Shown piece by piece: positions 52,921 through 64,000 of a stretch of 64,000 bases of DNA. The notes below the pieces were generated by a model. It searched no databases. It was not told the origin of the DNA and worked only from the letters and a program-made list of their open reading frames with translations. Positions within the stretch are counted from its first letter, which is position 1, and the number at the start of each line of letters is the position of its first letter. Origin of the DNA: Laetmonice hystrix (Eukaryota); the NCBI GenBank assembly GCA_965235115.1, contig OZ249447.1, positions 7,440,001 to 7,504,000 on the forward strand. Direction: 5' to 3'. A program made the position numbers and the translations under genes.

Positions 52921-54432
52921 AAGAAGAAAGTAAGACCTAAGTTGTAGGAGATGGAAAGAATTAAGTAGGAACTTTCCTGTACGAGACACGTGGAAGTGAG
53001 CACCCGCCTGCACGCCATCCAAGACCCACTTGGCCGGGTATTTTTAGTCTGATTCAGCCTATTAAAAACCTCACAAGTTAGATAAGTGTAAAAAGTCTGA
53101 AAGTGCTGCCTCAGCCGAGCTTCTCGACCAGACGTATCTCAACGGATAGTTCCTGCCGTGTGAATAATTTATGGTCTGCTCAAGAGATCCTGTTGGAAAA
53201 AATGGAACTACAGAACGTGATTGTAGCATTGTCCCCGGGCTAGTATTGTTACAGACTTGGACAGAATGGTATCTTCATGGATCATGAGGCAGATTGTGTG
53301 AAGGTTAGAAATGGCATCTCAAGACTCTCAGAGGTGATGACACAGATTTACCGGTTATACTCGTATTCCATTATGACCATGCTGAGTTGCGCCTTTTGCA
53401 ATTGTTTTACACATCGACATGCTATCCCCGCTCTACCCCTACCCCCCCCCCCCCTCCCCAGCCAAAAAAGTATACATTTTTTTCGTGGGACTTTCTCCCG
53501 GACGAGGCTCCTGTGGGCTGTGGTAGTACCTACTTGACTCGGAAAAAGTAGAGTTCATTGTATGTCTTTACCCTGAACAATTGTAAACCATTTGTGATAT
53601 GGCAGTTGGTAATACGGATAGCATGACGTTTGGTAATGGTACATCTTGATACGTCGAGCTCCGCATCATGGATTCTCCAAACCGTGTTCATTAACGGTAC
53701 CCCCCCCCCTCCACCCCCACCCCCTCCCTCCACCCCACCCCACCCGCTGATGATGAGGATGATGATGGCGAAGATGGTGATGATGCCGGGTGTACACATT
53801 TAAAAAAAAAAAATTATTACCAAAAAATAAAGTACAGCAATTTATGTTGTGCAGGATTGCCTGCTGATGGGAGGATTGTAGGAACCCCAGTGGGTTTATA
53901 TAACAATTCAGATGCTACAATATATTATTATGGTACATACAGCGCTTCCGTTGACACGTCACGTCACGAGATGCTCCCGATCTCTGCCCATATTGATTCT
54001 CATCAGGTGACCGCTGACGTCACAGCCGATACGGGAGAAACCAGAGCCATCTAGCGGTCACCTGCTGACGTGGTGCGTCCTTCACGACCAGGTGTCGGCA
54101 GGTAATACATCGTCTGCACGGTCGGGAATCCACGAGTGAGACAACGTGCCGGGTACAGGTCATCCTTCATTGGAAATTACGTATATGAAAGACGTCGTCG
54201 GGACCTTCATACAAACATAATGCACCATTACATTGTGTTTCTCTAGCTTCCTCACTGTATGCAAGATATTCTTGCTTAAGAGAGACATATTTCTGACCCA
54301 GAGTACCGGCCCTAAATTTCTTTTTTTCGTGGGAGTCGGTGGTGGGGGGTGGGGGCTTGGCATAGCTGTCGCTGGGAGATCCCCGGGAGGAGAAGCAGGT
54401 CGGGGGACAGGCCGACTGTGTATAGTTGAGGG

Positions 54433-54968
54433 TATAAATACCCTGGAGTTCCAAATGTTTGTTAACACGGCTGAGAGCCACACTTGACGGAGCCCAGAGC
54501 TACCTTCGTCTGTCTCCAGGTGGCAGTAGGGGTTGGCGAGCTGATCGGTTCACACCTGGTACCCCAGTAACACACACCCACGCCCCCGTCCACATACCGT
54601 CCTGAGTCTCCCCAGTGTCCGGGGTCAGGGTGATGGGTCCGCCGGGAGCCCCAGGGGATGTAAACACAGACAATGTTACCTGACCCTAGGTCCGAGCACA
54701 CCGCTATCATATAAACGCTACAGAGAGAACACAACCAATTCCACAGACAGGTTTTTGATCTTCTCATTCTCTTTTAGCTCCTCGCGATTTTATTTCCTAT
54801 GTCGGTTACAAAAATGAAAAGTATACAAAGATTTTAGCCGTAAGGGGCATGTTTGTATGTTTTATGGGGAACAAGTCATTCTATACAAAACAACGAATGG
54901 CTCCAGAGTTGGATGAAAACACACTGGGATATGAGAGGGCGTAACACAATAGAGCTGCCCTCTGGTGG
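54433..54968. promoter_or_regulatory. TATA box and a convergent CTCF-like motif pair
   Basis: TATAAATA at 54433; CTCCAGGTGGCAGT (+, 54514-54527); CCACCAGAGGGCAG (-, 54955-54968). Confidence 0.35.
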
Positions 54969-55892
54969 TAAAAGAGGGAACATCTCATGCTTCGTGATAC
55001 GAGACGGTCAGCAAGATGGGCCTGAATACGTGGAACAGATGTTACTTTCCTAAAAGAGAACGTCTTCATGAAAGGCCTCATTATCTGTTGTTGGCAACAA
55101 CTATAAAAATGTTGTGGCTCATATGGGTTCTCGCTTCCCACGTCTCTATCCTAGATATCAATATTAGGGACGGACATTCAGTATGAAGATGTGAAGGATA
55201 CAATTGAAGTCTTATGTACCAAATGATGTATATATTCTTAGCTACAAGTATTTATCTTTTTTTTTTTATTATTTAATATACCAGTTTTTGTTACTGTGAA
55301 ATGAATACTGTACTGTACTGTACTGAATATGATTATTATATTAGATGCTAGCAAACATTTCTTCAGTAACCCTTTCTAGAAACGCCATGGCTCAATATCG
55401 ATCCGGTCCAAAATAGTCCTAGAAATCTATTTTGACGCCAGTACGCATATGTTGAATCAAAACAGCAGGGCTCATCTCGACAGCCATTAGTAATACAAGT
55501 CTCCTGGTAATTCCGGCGAGAAAATGGATTTAAATTCATTTACTATCTCATCTGCGGCCAGAAACTCTCTGAAATAGGTTTCTAATTGGTCGTCAAGAGC
55601 AGGACCTGGTTATGATTTAGATTCATACAAATAGAGACTTCTTCTCTGTGTGAATGATGGAGAACTATAGGGAGGGACGGGTATAGAGAGGGCAACTCCA
55701 AATTCTGCAGCTGCAGTGAAATAACGGAACGGGTCCGCGGAGTTCAAATGAACGCCTATCAAGTGTCGGTGTTACGACGTTCTATACTGACTGATGAGGG
55801 CAGTGTCAGTGTTGTAGGCAGACAAAAATATGGGGAGGGAGTGTGGGTGGACAGATGTTTGGAGGGAGTATTGTCAAGTGTGTTTATGACTG

Positions 55893-56062
55893 ATGATTGA
55901 AAGCAGAGTAACCAACCTCCGCAGACGGCCAAGGTCTGCTACCATCTTCCCGAGGACGATCGACCTCAAGCGCCGGACTGTTATTGCAAGCCGGTTCGCT
56001 GAGGTCAACACAACATCTGTGGCCGAAGATATTTTTTCACATCCCCATCGGGGCTTGCTTGT
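55893..56062 (+). CDS. Candidate alternative first coding exon
   Basis: MIESRVTNLRRRPRSATIFPRTIDLKRRTVIASRFAEVNTTSVAEDIFSHPHRGLL; possible donors GTGTAT (56061, phase 0) or GTATGT (56063, phase 2). Confidence 0.3.
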
Positions 56063-56457
56063 GTATGTTCATGTAGAGCTGATCAGTGAAAAGCATCTTT
56101 TATTTAAAGTGGTATTTCCTACCCGTGGGCTATTTGTTGAATGATATTAGGTGGGACTGTAAATAATGTAATCCTTAGTCATCAAGCATGGTGCAATGAT
56201 ATTTGATACGGAGCAAGGGATAGATAAACATATGGATAATATACGTTACTAGTATACTACTAACCGTTGATGTTGAATCTAGTTCTAATAATTGTCTTCT
56301 AAACATTTTTCTTTTTTGTTGAAAATAGCCACCGGTAATTGCATTCTGAATGAATGTGCTGTAAACTAAATTGTTCTGGAGTAAATGAAGAAGCCATTGA
56401 TGTTGAAGATAAAGTGAGCACGACTGTGGCAGTGTCATAGAGAGAGAGGATCGGTTG

Positions 56458-57217
56458 TCAGAGAACAGATAGCCTGTGTATGGGATGGTTCCGGTCCTCA
56501 GAGAACAGATAGCCTGTGTATGGGATGGTTCCGGTGAGGTGAGGGTCGGTCCTCAGAGAACAGATAGCCTGTGTATGGGATGGTTCCGGTCCTCAGAGAA
56601 CAGATAGCCTGTGTATGGGATGGTTCCGGTGAGGTGAGGGTCGGTCCTCAGAGAACAGATAGCCTGTGTATGGGATGGTTCCGGTGGTGAGGGTCGGTCC
56701 TCAGAGAACAGATAGCCTGTGTATGAGATGGTTCCGGTGAGGTGAGGGTCGGTCAGAGAACAGATAGCCTGTGTATGGGATGGTTCCGGTGGTGAGGGTC
56801 GGTCCTCAGAGAACAGATAGCCTGTGTATGGGATGGTTCCGGTGAGGTGAGGGTCGGTCCTCAGAGAACAGATAGCCTGTGTATGGGATGGTTCCGGTGA
56901 GGTGAGGGTCGGTCCTCAGAGAACAGATAGCCTGTATGGGATGGTTCCGGTGAGGTGAGGGTCTGTCAGAGAACAGATAGCCTGTATGGGATGGTTCCGG
57001 TGAGGTGAGGGTCGGTCAGAGAACAGATAGCCTGTGTATGGGATGGTTCCGGTGAGGTGAGGGTCGGTCCTCAGAGCACAGATAGCCTGTGTATGGGATG
57101 GTTCCGGTGAGGTGAGGGTCGGTCAGAGAACAGATAGCCTGTGTATGGGATGGTTCCGGTGGTGAGGGTCGGTCCTCAGAGAACAGATAGCCTGTATGGG
57201 ATGGTTCCGGTGAGGTG
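56458..57217. repeat. 40-55-bp minisatellite, ~15 copies
   Basis: Unit CAGAGAACAGATAGCCTGTGTATGGGATGGTTCCGGTGAGGTGAGGGTCGGTCCT with deletion variants. Confidence 0.95.
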
Positions 57218-57320
57218 ACACCTGCGCCCTGGCTCTGCCTGGTGATGTATGACTACAGGACGCTCGCTGACAGGCCAGACACCCGCGATGCACTCACTCA
57301 CCTCACAGTGTTCACCTCCT

Positions 57321-57550
57321 ACACCAGGGGGCGCCACGATGGCGGACGTCTGGCGACTGTGTCTAGCTCATCCCTCATTCAGCCAAACCAACAAAAATCA
57401 ACATCCTCGGGCCCCATTATGATCCTCAACAACATGATACGGACGATATACCTTCATTGCCACAGGGACTGTGGTGTCTGGTTTATAACGTCGTTACAGT
57501 AAAACTATTACGACCACATCCCCAATCTGGGCAAGGACGCCCTCTGGCGG
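57321..57550. promoter_or_regulatory. Convergent CTCF-like motif pair
   Basis: ACACCAGGGGGCGCC (+, 57321-57335) and CCGCCAGAGGGCG (-, 57538-57550). Confidence 0.4.
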
Positions 57551-57617
57551 TCCAAAAGGTATTTTACACTGCTCCAATAGGGGGACGATAGCAGATAATC
57601 GGTTTTAGTGCGTTTTA

Positions 57618-58339
57618 GTGGGGTCGAGGTTGAGGAGTGAATGGAGGTAGAAATCTCGGAGTGGTCGTGTTAGGTCACATTATCAGAACTTTACTAGCTT
57701 AGTTTACGTGGGGTCGAGGTTGAGGAGTGAATGGAGGTAGAAATCTCTAACTGGTCGTGTTAGGTCATATTATCAGAACTTTACTAGCTTAGTTAACGTG
57801 GGGTCGAGGTTGAGGAGTGAATGGAGGTAGAAATCTCGGAGTGGTCGTGTTAGGTCACATTATCAGAACTTTACTAGCTTAGTTTACGTGGGGTCGAGGT
57901 TGAGGAGTGAATGGAGGTAGAAATCTCGGAGTGGTCGTGTTAGGTCATATTATCAGAACTTTACTAGCATAGTTTACGTGGGGTCGAGGTTGAGGAGTGA
58001 ATGGAGGTAGAAATCTAGAACTGGTCGTGTTAGGTCACATTATCAGAACTTTACTAGCTTAGTTTACGTGGGGTCGAGGTTGAGGAGTGAATGGAGGTAG
58101 AAATCTCGGAGTGGTCGTGTTAGGTCACATTATCAGAACTTTACTAGCTTAGTTTACGTGGGGTCGAGGTTGAGGAGTGAATGGAGGTAGAAATCTCGGA
58201 GTGGTCGTGTTAGGTCACATCATCAGACCTTTACTAGCTTAGTTTACGTGGGGTCGAGGTTGAGGAGTGAATGGAGGTAGAAATCTCGGAGTGGTCGTGT
58301 TAGGTCACATCATCAGACCTTTACTAGCTTAGTTTACGT
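57618..58339. repeat. 90-bp minisatellite, 8 copies
   Basis: Unit GTGGGGTCGAGGTTGAGGAGTGAATGGAGGTAGAAATCTCGGAGTGGTCGTGTTAGGTCACATTATCAGAACTTTACTAGCTTAGTTTAC. Confidence 0.97.
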
Positions 58340-60062
58340 TGGTCATAGAGGTCGATGTTCTCTGGTGACCTACTAGATAAACATAGGTGTGGCGGTTTGA
58401 AGGATAGAATTGTTATGACGTATCTTTCCAATGTTGACATCTATAAGTCTCCAGGTTAGGGATATGGAGAAAAGCTGTTGTTTTCTGGTTCGGTGATTAT
58501 ACCAGTAGAGATAGGAGTGTCTCGGCGGAAGGTTATCATATTGATTAATACAGTAATGTGATAGTTTGGGTGAAGAGATTATGATTGACGTATAGAGTTA
58601 TCCTGGTCATCACATTTTCTAAGATAAGATGCTTTACTCATAAAGGATAGGTAGATTGTGTCCTGTTATTATCTGACCACCAAACTTATAAGTTTAACAA
58701 GTTTCAATAAAGTATGAATCATTGCTTGTAGTCACAGGATATGAGTTCGAGACTCTGATAAACAGTGAAATTCTCAAGTCCGATAGTCACGCTACAGCCT
58801 CACATGACCTCACGTGACCTTGATTCAGTGAATTTATCAGGTCTACGTATAGAGATGGAGAGATAAGACGGGGTAAAGAGTCCCAGTTAGTCAGAGATAA
58901 ACTACAATATCTGATACTACACGTATTGAAATATCAAACATATTTTAATTCTGTGCCTTGACGGTTTTACTCTGTTTATTCCGTCAGACCCTCTGAAAAC
59001 TGGAAACCACGTCTTCATTTAAAAAAAAATAATATTGATCGATAATAACAAGTTCCCTTTTACGATACTGGTATGTGAAAACTCCATTAAAAAAGTCTAA
59101 GACGGGTATATCATCGAAAGTATTTACTTGGTATGGAATCCTGTTTGAAACTGTGAGCGTCTAGATGATGCTGCAACTGGCCTGGCTGCCGTGGCTTTGA
59201 CCGATTCGGCCATGATGGTTGTCAAACGGCTGTGAGTGATGCAACACGGTATCCAAGTTATTCAAACAATAACTGTTGTGAGAATTAGCTTTCAAGTTAT
59301 TCAAACCTAGTGATGGTTTGTCTTTTTTCGAAATCCTGGCTAAAGCAATATCGCGCATTGAAGAAATGTTTCCTAAACATTTCCTGCGCGAAGAATCGTG
59401 TTTTGTCAAACTTGTTAGGATATTGGGAGATTGGAGGAATACTATGATACATATTACAGTGCTTGATCCATTACAAAGGTGCGCTATCAAATAAAACTGA
59501 TGGGACCGAAATGTATCTACTATATCCTTGGCCTTCGTGGTTCTCTCCAGACAGCTGTGAAGTTGACCTGATGGCTGTGGAGCTAACCTGACAGCCGTGA
59601 AGTTTCCCTGAGAGCTGCAGGTTTCAGCTGTAACAGTCGTGGGATAGAGCTGACTTGTATGTGTCGGTTGGAAACTAAATCTTGGTGTGATGTCATCTTA
59701 TACAGACGACAGACGTCTAATACTAATATCAGATGTACGTTAACGGCCTTAGGTCTGACCTGCTGTGGCTGAGGATCAGTAATATCATACGGTGTGGCCT
59801 GATCAACGTTATCTGTGCGAACGATCGATCAGGTTGTCGTCTGGTATTGGTGATCGGAGTTGGCGGTACTCAGGTCGCTCACACGACACACACCACGAGT
59901 AGGACTCACTGAGGTGGACAGCTAACACCTACTCCTACCAGACTCCACCCAGCAAGGCTTACAGCGGCCGGCCTGGGGCCCTGACCGTACTCTCACAACC
60001 CCCGGCTGTCAGCCAGAGTCTGCCGTGCGGATTCAAGGAGCTCGCTAACCCTGTATGGCACC

Positions 60063-60135
60063 ATGCCTGACAAGGAGGACGAACAACTACCACTTCTTGA
60101 GGGTCCCGCTCGACGACGGGCAGCTACCGTTCTGG
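60063..60135 (+). CDS. Candidate alternative first coding exon of the PCTAIRE kinase
   Basis: GCACCATGC start context gives MPDKEDEQLPLLEGPARRRAATVL, then a CTGG|GTAAAG phase-1 donor; GC-rich UTR-like sequence upstream. Confidence 0.45.
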
Positions 60136-61126
60136 GTAAAGTTAATCTCTCAATATGTGATCTTTTCCCCTGCTAAGACAAGTTGGTATGTTTACCAGTA
60201 GCCGGCCAAAGCTGGTTTAAACGAAACATGTACCTGGAGGGTTAGTTTTTTTCAGGATTTATTTGGATTGTACGTGTAGGAAGTGCTAGGCGTAGCGTGA
60301 GGCACAAGATGGTCCAGTGGTATGTGGCGGTGGACACATAGAGTATACACACAGCTGGGACATGACAAGGGGTGACTCCACATCTGCTGTAGTGGGTAGA
60401 CTATAGTGGTCGCACACACAGTCACATTTGGTGGCCGCCCGCAGTCCGGTATAGGAGTTAGTAGTAGAACTCATGTCTTTGTGACAGTTGCCAGCCATCA
60501 CCTGTGGCTAGCTGTCTGAGACTGCCACAAGGAAGGATGGTCCTTATCGTGGGACTTACCTGTACATTTATTATCGGATAGAGTCATTTCGATAAAGGTC
60601 ACTTTGACAAGATTATGGTGACCTTAGTTGATCATTTCATGATCTATTTAGAATGAAAGCGCTCCTTCATGTTGATATACATATGTGAGCAAATAATCGT
60701 ATTTTTCAATTTACAATATGAATAAATAAGTTTTAATAAATACAAAAAAAGACAAAAGAAGACGCTGCAGAAATCACTGGTCAGTATTAATTGTGAATAT
60801 GTTGTGTAGTATGTTCTCATTTACTGTCCGTTCGATATATTTCCTCATCCTTTAAAACCTGGCGGGGGGGGGGGGGGGGGGTCGTCCCTGTGCCTAGACG
60901 GTGGTCGTAAACAGAACTCTTGATGTCATATCTGTTTACCTGGGATTAGACAATTAGCGCTTGATTAGGACTCATTAGCTAGGTAATATCCTGTACTGGG
61001 AATAGCTGCGTGCCTGGCAGCATAGACATAGGTCGGGAAATCGCATTATGGTCACCAAAGGTGTCCCAGATGGAATTCACTTTTTGACTGCATGTATTAC
61101 ATACACCGTAGTTCCCGCAGTCAGAC

Positions 61127-61394
61127 CTGGGCCCGGTTTTTTTGTTTACTTTTCCACCGTGAGCAAGCGTGAGCTGAGCTGAGCAAGGGTGAGCAGCACC
61201 TCATGCTCACCGTTTTGCTCACTGTTTTCGTTTTTTGGGGTGTTTTTCCGCGAGCTTGCTTGCCATGAGCACACTTCTTGGGAAAAAGCAACCAAAAAAG
61301 CACGAAAACGGTGAGAATGAGCTCATGCTCACCCTTGCTCAGCTCAGCTCACCCTTGCTCACGGTGGAAAAGTAAACAAAAAAACCGGGCCCAG
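61127..61394. mobile_element. PIF/Harbinger-like MITE with long terminal inverted repeats
   Basis: CTGGGCCCGGTTTTTTTTGTTTACTTTTCCACCGTGAGCAAG...GAGCTGAGCAAGGGTGAGCA is mirrored at the right end (...CTTGCTCACGGTGGAAAAGTAAACAAAAAAACCGGGCCCAG); CWG context. Confidence 0.85.
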
Positions 61395-62031
61395 CTGTAA
61401 CTGCACGTGTGTGTGTATATTGTACAGATCACAGAGCACGCATGCTTGACGTGCTTACCCACATTGACTGTTGTTAGACCACATGCTCAATGTATATGTG
61501 AAGGTCACATGCCTGTTTCCCTTTGATAACCCGTTGCGGGCCGAGATACGGATAGTTGATGTAAGCCATATATTCTGTATGTCAACTTTGGGAATGTTGA
61601 CGGTTTATGCGCTGCTGTCATTCAGGTTTGCTGATATTTGACTGAAGTCTTGCCTACATTTTGTCAGTCAGATAATATACCTTACCGACCGGCGAGAACA
61701 AATAAATACTATTAGTGATGCAATATCTGATAACGTAATACGGAAATAAAACATTATGCCTTGAGACAGTACGGTTATGTGAATTACGTGATCTATGTGA
61801 AATAGGAGGTGATTACCAATTTCTTTCACATACATAATTAAGAAGGCAGAAAATTCTCGTACGATGGCATATCAATAATGTGCAATACATTCTTCTTATG
61901 GTAGTTGGTACTGAGAAAAATGTTTCTTGTGAAGCATGATTGGATTCAGCTAAATATAGTTTTGATTATAGGCGATCTTTCCTTCTTTAAAGTCGACGTT
62001 TGTCTAGAGGACAGCGTGGCGTCACTGTAGT

Positions 62032-62856
62032 GGCAGTATGATATCCTTCATTGTATAATGTGTGGTACGTGTTGATGGTAGCGATTGGTCGGGGCAGTGT
62101 ATATCCTTCATTGTATAATGTGTGGTACGTGTTGATGGTAGCGATTGGTCGGGGCAGTGTATCCTTCATTGTATTATGTGTGGTACGTGTTGATGGTAGC
62201 GGTTGATCAGGGCAGTGTATATATCCTTCATTGTATAATGTGTGGTACGTGTTGATGGTAGCGATTGGTGGGGGCAGTGTATATGATATCCTTCATTGTA
62301 TAATGTGTGGTACGTGTTGATGGTAGCGATTGATCAGGGCAGTGTATATGATATCCTTCATTGTATAATGTGTGGTACGTGTTGATGGTAGCGATTGGTT
62401 GGGGCAGTGTATATCCTTCATTGTATTATGTGTGGTACGTGTTGATGGTAGCGATTGGTTGGGGCAGTGTATATCCTTCATTGTATAATGTGTGGTACGT
62501 GTTGATGGTAGCGATTGGTTGGGGCAGTGTATATCCTTCATTGTATAATGTGTGGTACGTGTTGATGGTAGCGATTGATCGGGGCAGTGTATATGATATC
62601 CTTCATTGTATAATGTGTGGTACGTGTTGATGGTAGCGATTGGTCGGGGCAGTGTATATGATATCCTTCATTGTATAATGTGTGGTACGTGTTGATGGTA
62701 GCGATTGGTCGGGGCAGTGTATATGATATCCTTCATTGTATAATGTGTGGTACGTGTTGATGGTAGCGGTTGATCGGGGCAGTGTATATGATATCCTTCA
62801 TTGTATAATGTGTGGTACGTGTTGATGGTAGCGATTGGTTGGGGCAGTGTATATGA
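62032..62856. repeat. 58-65-bp minisatellite, ~13 copies
   Basis: Unit GGCAGTGTAT(ATGAT)ATCCTTCATTGTATAATGTGTGGTACGTGTTGATGGTAGCGATTGGTCGG. Confidence 0.95.
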
Positions 62857-62973
62857 ACAGGCTGCCCTGTTCTCTCCAGGTTATTGAACAGACCTTCATG
62901 TCCGGAGTATGGGTAAGCTATCGTACCATATGGCCACATGTCACACGTGTCTCCGTGACTAGCACAGCAGGAG

Positions 62974-63014
62974 GACCAGACTGACTGACCAGACTGACTG
63001 ACTGACTGACTGAC
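62974..63014. repeat. (GACT)n microsatellite
   Basis: GACCAGACTGACTGACCAGACTGACTGACTGACTGACTGACC. Confidence 0.85.
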
Positions 63015-63066
63015 CGGCGGCCGGCCGGCGGATCACAAGGCGGACAGGCCGGCCTGGCATGCCTCA

Positions 63067-63080
63067 GCGCCCTCTGGCAG
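63067..63080 (-). promoter_or_regulatory. CTCF-like motif in a CpG-rich patch
   Basis: Reverse complement CTGCCAGAGGGCGC. Confidence 0.3.
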
Positions 63081-63476
63081 AACATTCCCATCACCAGTGA
63101 CGGCGAGTTGATGCACCTGGTGAGGAGACAGCTCGGCACACCTGGAGCCTCGAGTTATGAGCTCAACACTTGTGTCTTACTTTTACCCTCTCCATATCAC
63201 GTGTCAATAGCCACATGTACGTGCGCGTGTTTGGGGCTGGCCAGTGGCAGCTAACCGTGATGATCAGATAGTCTCTAACGCTCGACTTTAGTCGTCAGAT
63301 CAGCGTAAACTCACCCGGGACATCCGAGACAGGTGAGATCCGACGGGTCCGGACACTTGGCAGGCACCCCAGAACTCAGACGGGATCTTCACCAACGGTT
63401 CACCTGACACCTCTCTGAGATCATTGTGTGGAAGTGGTCGGACTGATTGTGTGACGTGAACTGTACACTGTCTGCT

Positions 63477-63554
63477 CAGTCAGGATTGTGAGGATCTAAC
63501 GCCTGACCGTACCAGTCAGGATTGTGAGGATCTGACGCCTGACCGTACCAGTCA
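63477..63554. repeat. 36-bp tandem duplication
   Basis: CAGTCAGGATTGTGAGGATCTRACGCCTGACCGTAC at 63477 and 63513. Confidence 0.85.
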
Positions 63555-64000
63555 AACAGTGATCGTTACCTATCTACAGTTATCTTTACTGACGTTGTCA
63601 TTCAAGGACAAATGTGCGTAGAAAAAGTTTCTGCCATGGCGGAAAAAAGTATAATTTAGTTAGTACATTAATTCAATTCAACTTAAGTATTGATTTCTAA
63701 AGGTCTTTAAGAAAGTCTTAGTGGGAAGAACCCTGTGCCCCTTGCATGGAACACCCAAGAAATGTGTTCAAGTTTGCCGGTCGCTGTACTGTAGCTTGGA
63801 ATCAGAAACCAGTTGTGTATACGGATGGACGTAGGTATAGCTTTGTATGGTATACCATACTACAACTCCTCACACCTGTTAAAGCTTAAGGACTGCTCTT
63901 GAACGTTCCTGGAAGGCAATACAAGAAAACGTGTGAAGCCAGCCACCCGTCAAAGGAAGTCAGGCCGGAAGACGTCATAGATTGAAACAACGAACTACCA

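Noticed and set aside
17147-59242. Very short ATG-to-donor candidates (MDR ~17150, MAPIEDRIR ~19664, MAQFCRQQ ~12630, MMVVKRL ~59212)
   Set aside because: Too short to tell from chance without transcript data.
4841-60881. Numerous 10-20 nt poly-G/poly-C runs
   Set aside because: Simple homopolymers, some inside MITEs; no organised pattern seen.
25319-62630. Repetitive ORFs in the 84-, 64-, 54-, 81- and 60-bp arrays
   Set aside because: Periodic translations of minisatellites with no coding signature.
7096-62856. CRISPR-like arrays
   Set aside because: Units are contiguous with no unique spacers, there are no cas genes, and the context is eukaryotic.
1-64000. tRNA, rRNA, intact retrotransposon RT or intact transposase genes
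   Set aside because: No cloverleaf, rRNA motif or long non-repetitive ORF found on reading both strands.

Overview
Animal (invertebrate-like) genomic DNA; no prokaryotic operons, CRISPR array, rRNA or tRNA were found. Two genes lie head-to-head. On the minus strand are the first two coding exons of an SLC35B4-type nucleotide-sugar transporter (3329-3405 and 1-61, continuing off the left edge). On the plus strand is the N-terminal coding exon of a PCTAIRE kinase (CDK16/17/18 family, closest in memory to CDK17; 8998-9124). I found no kinase-domain exon in the remaining ~55 kb, so most of the window is probably the intron-dominated 5' part of that kinase gene. It holds several candidate alternative first coding exons, about 18 unrelated minisatellite arrays (~15 kb, mostly G-rich on the sense strand), several MITEs, CTCF-like motifs and a miRNA-sized hairpin. 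SLC35B4 intron 1 appears to contain a decayed transposase-like fossil. The long ORFs in the supplied track are by-products of tandem repeats. All family assignments come from my reading and recall, not from searches.
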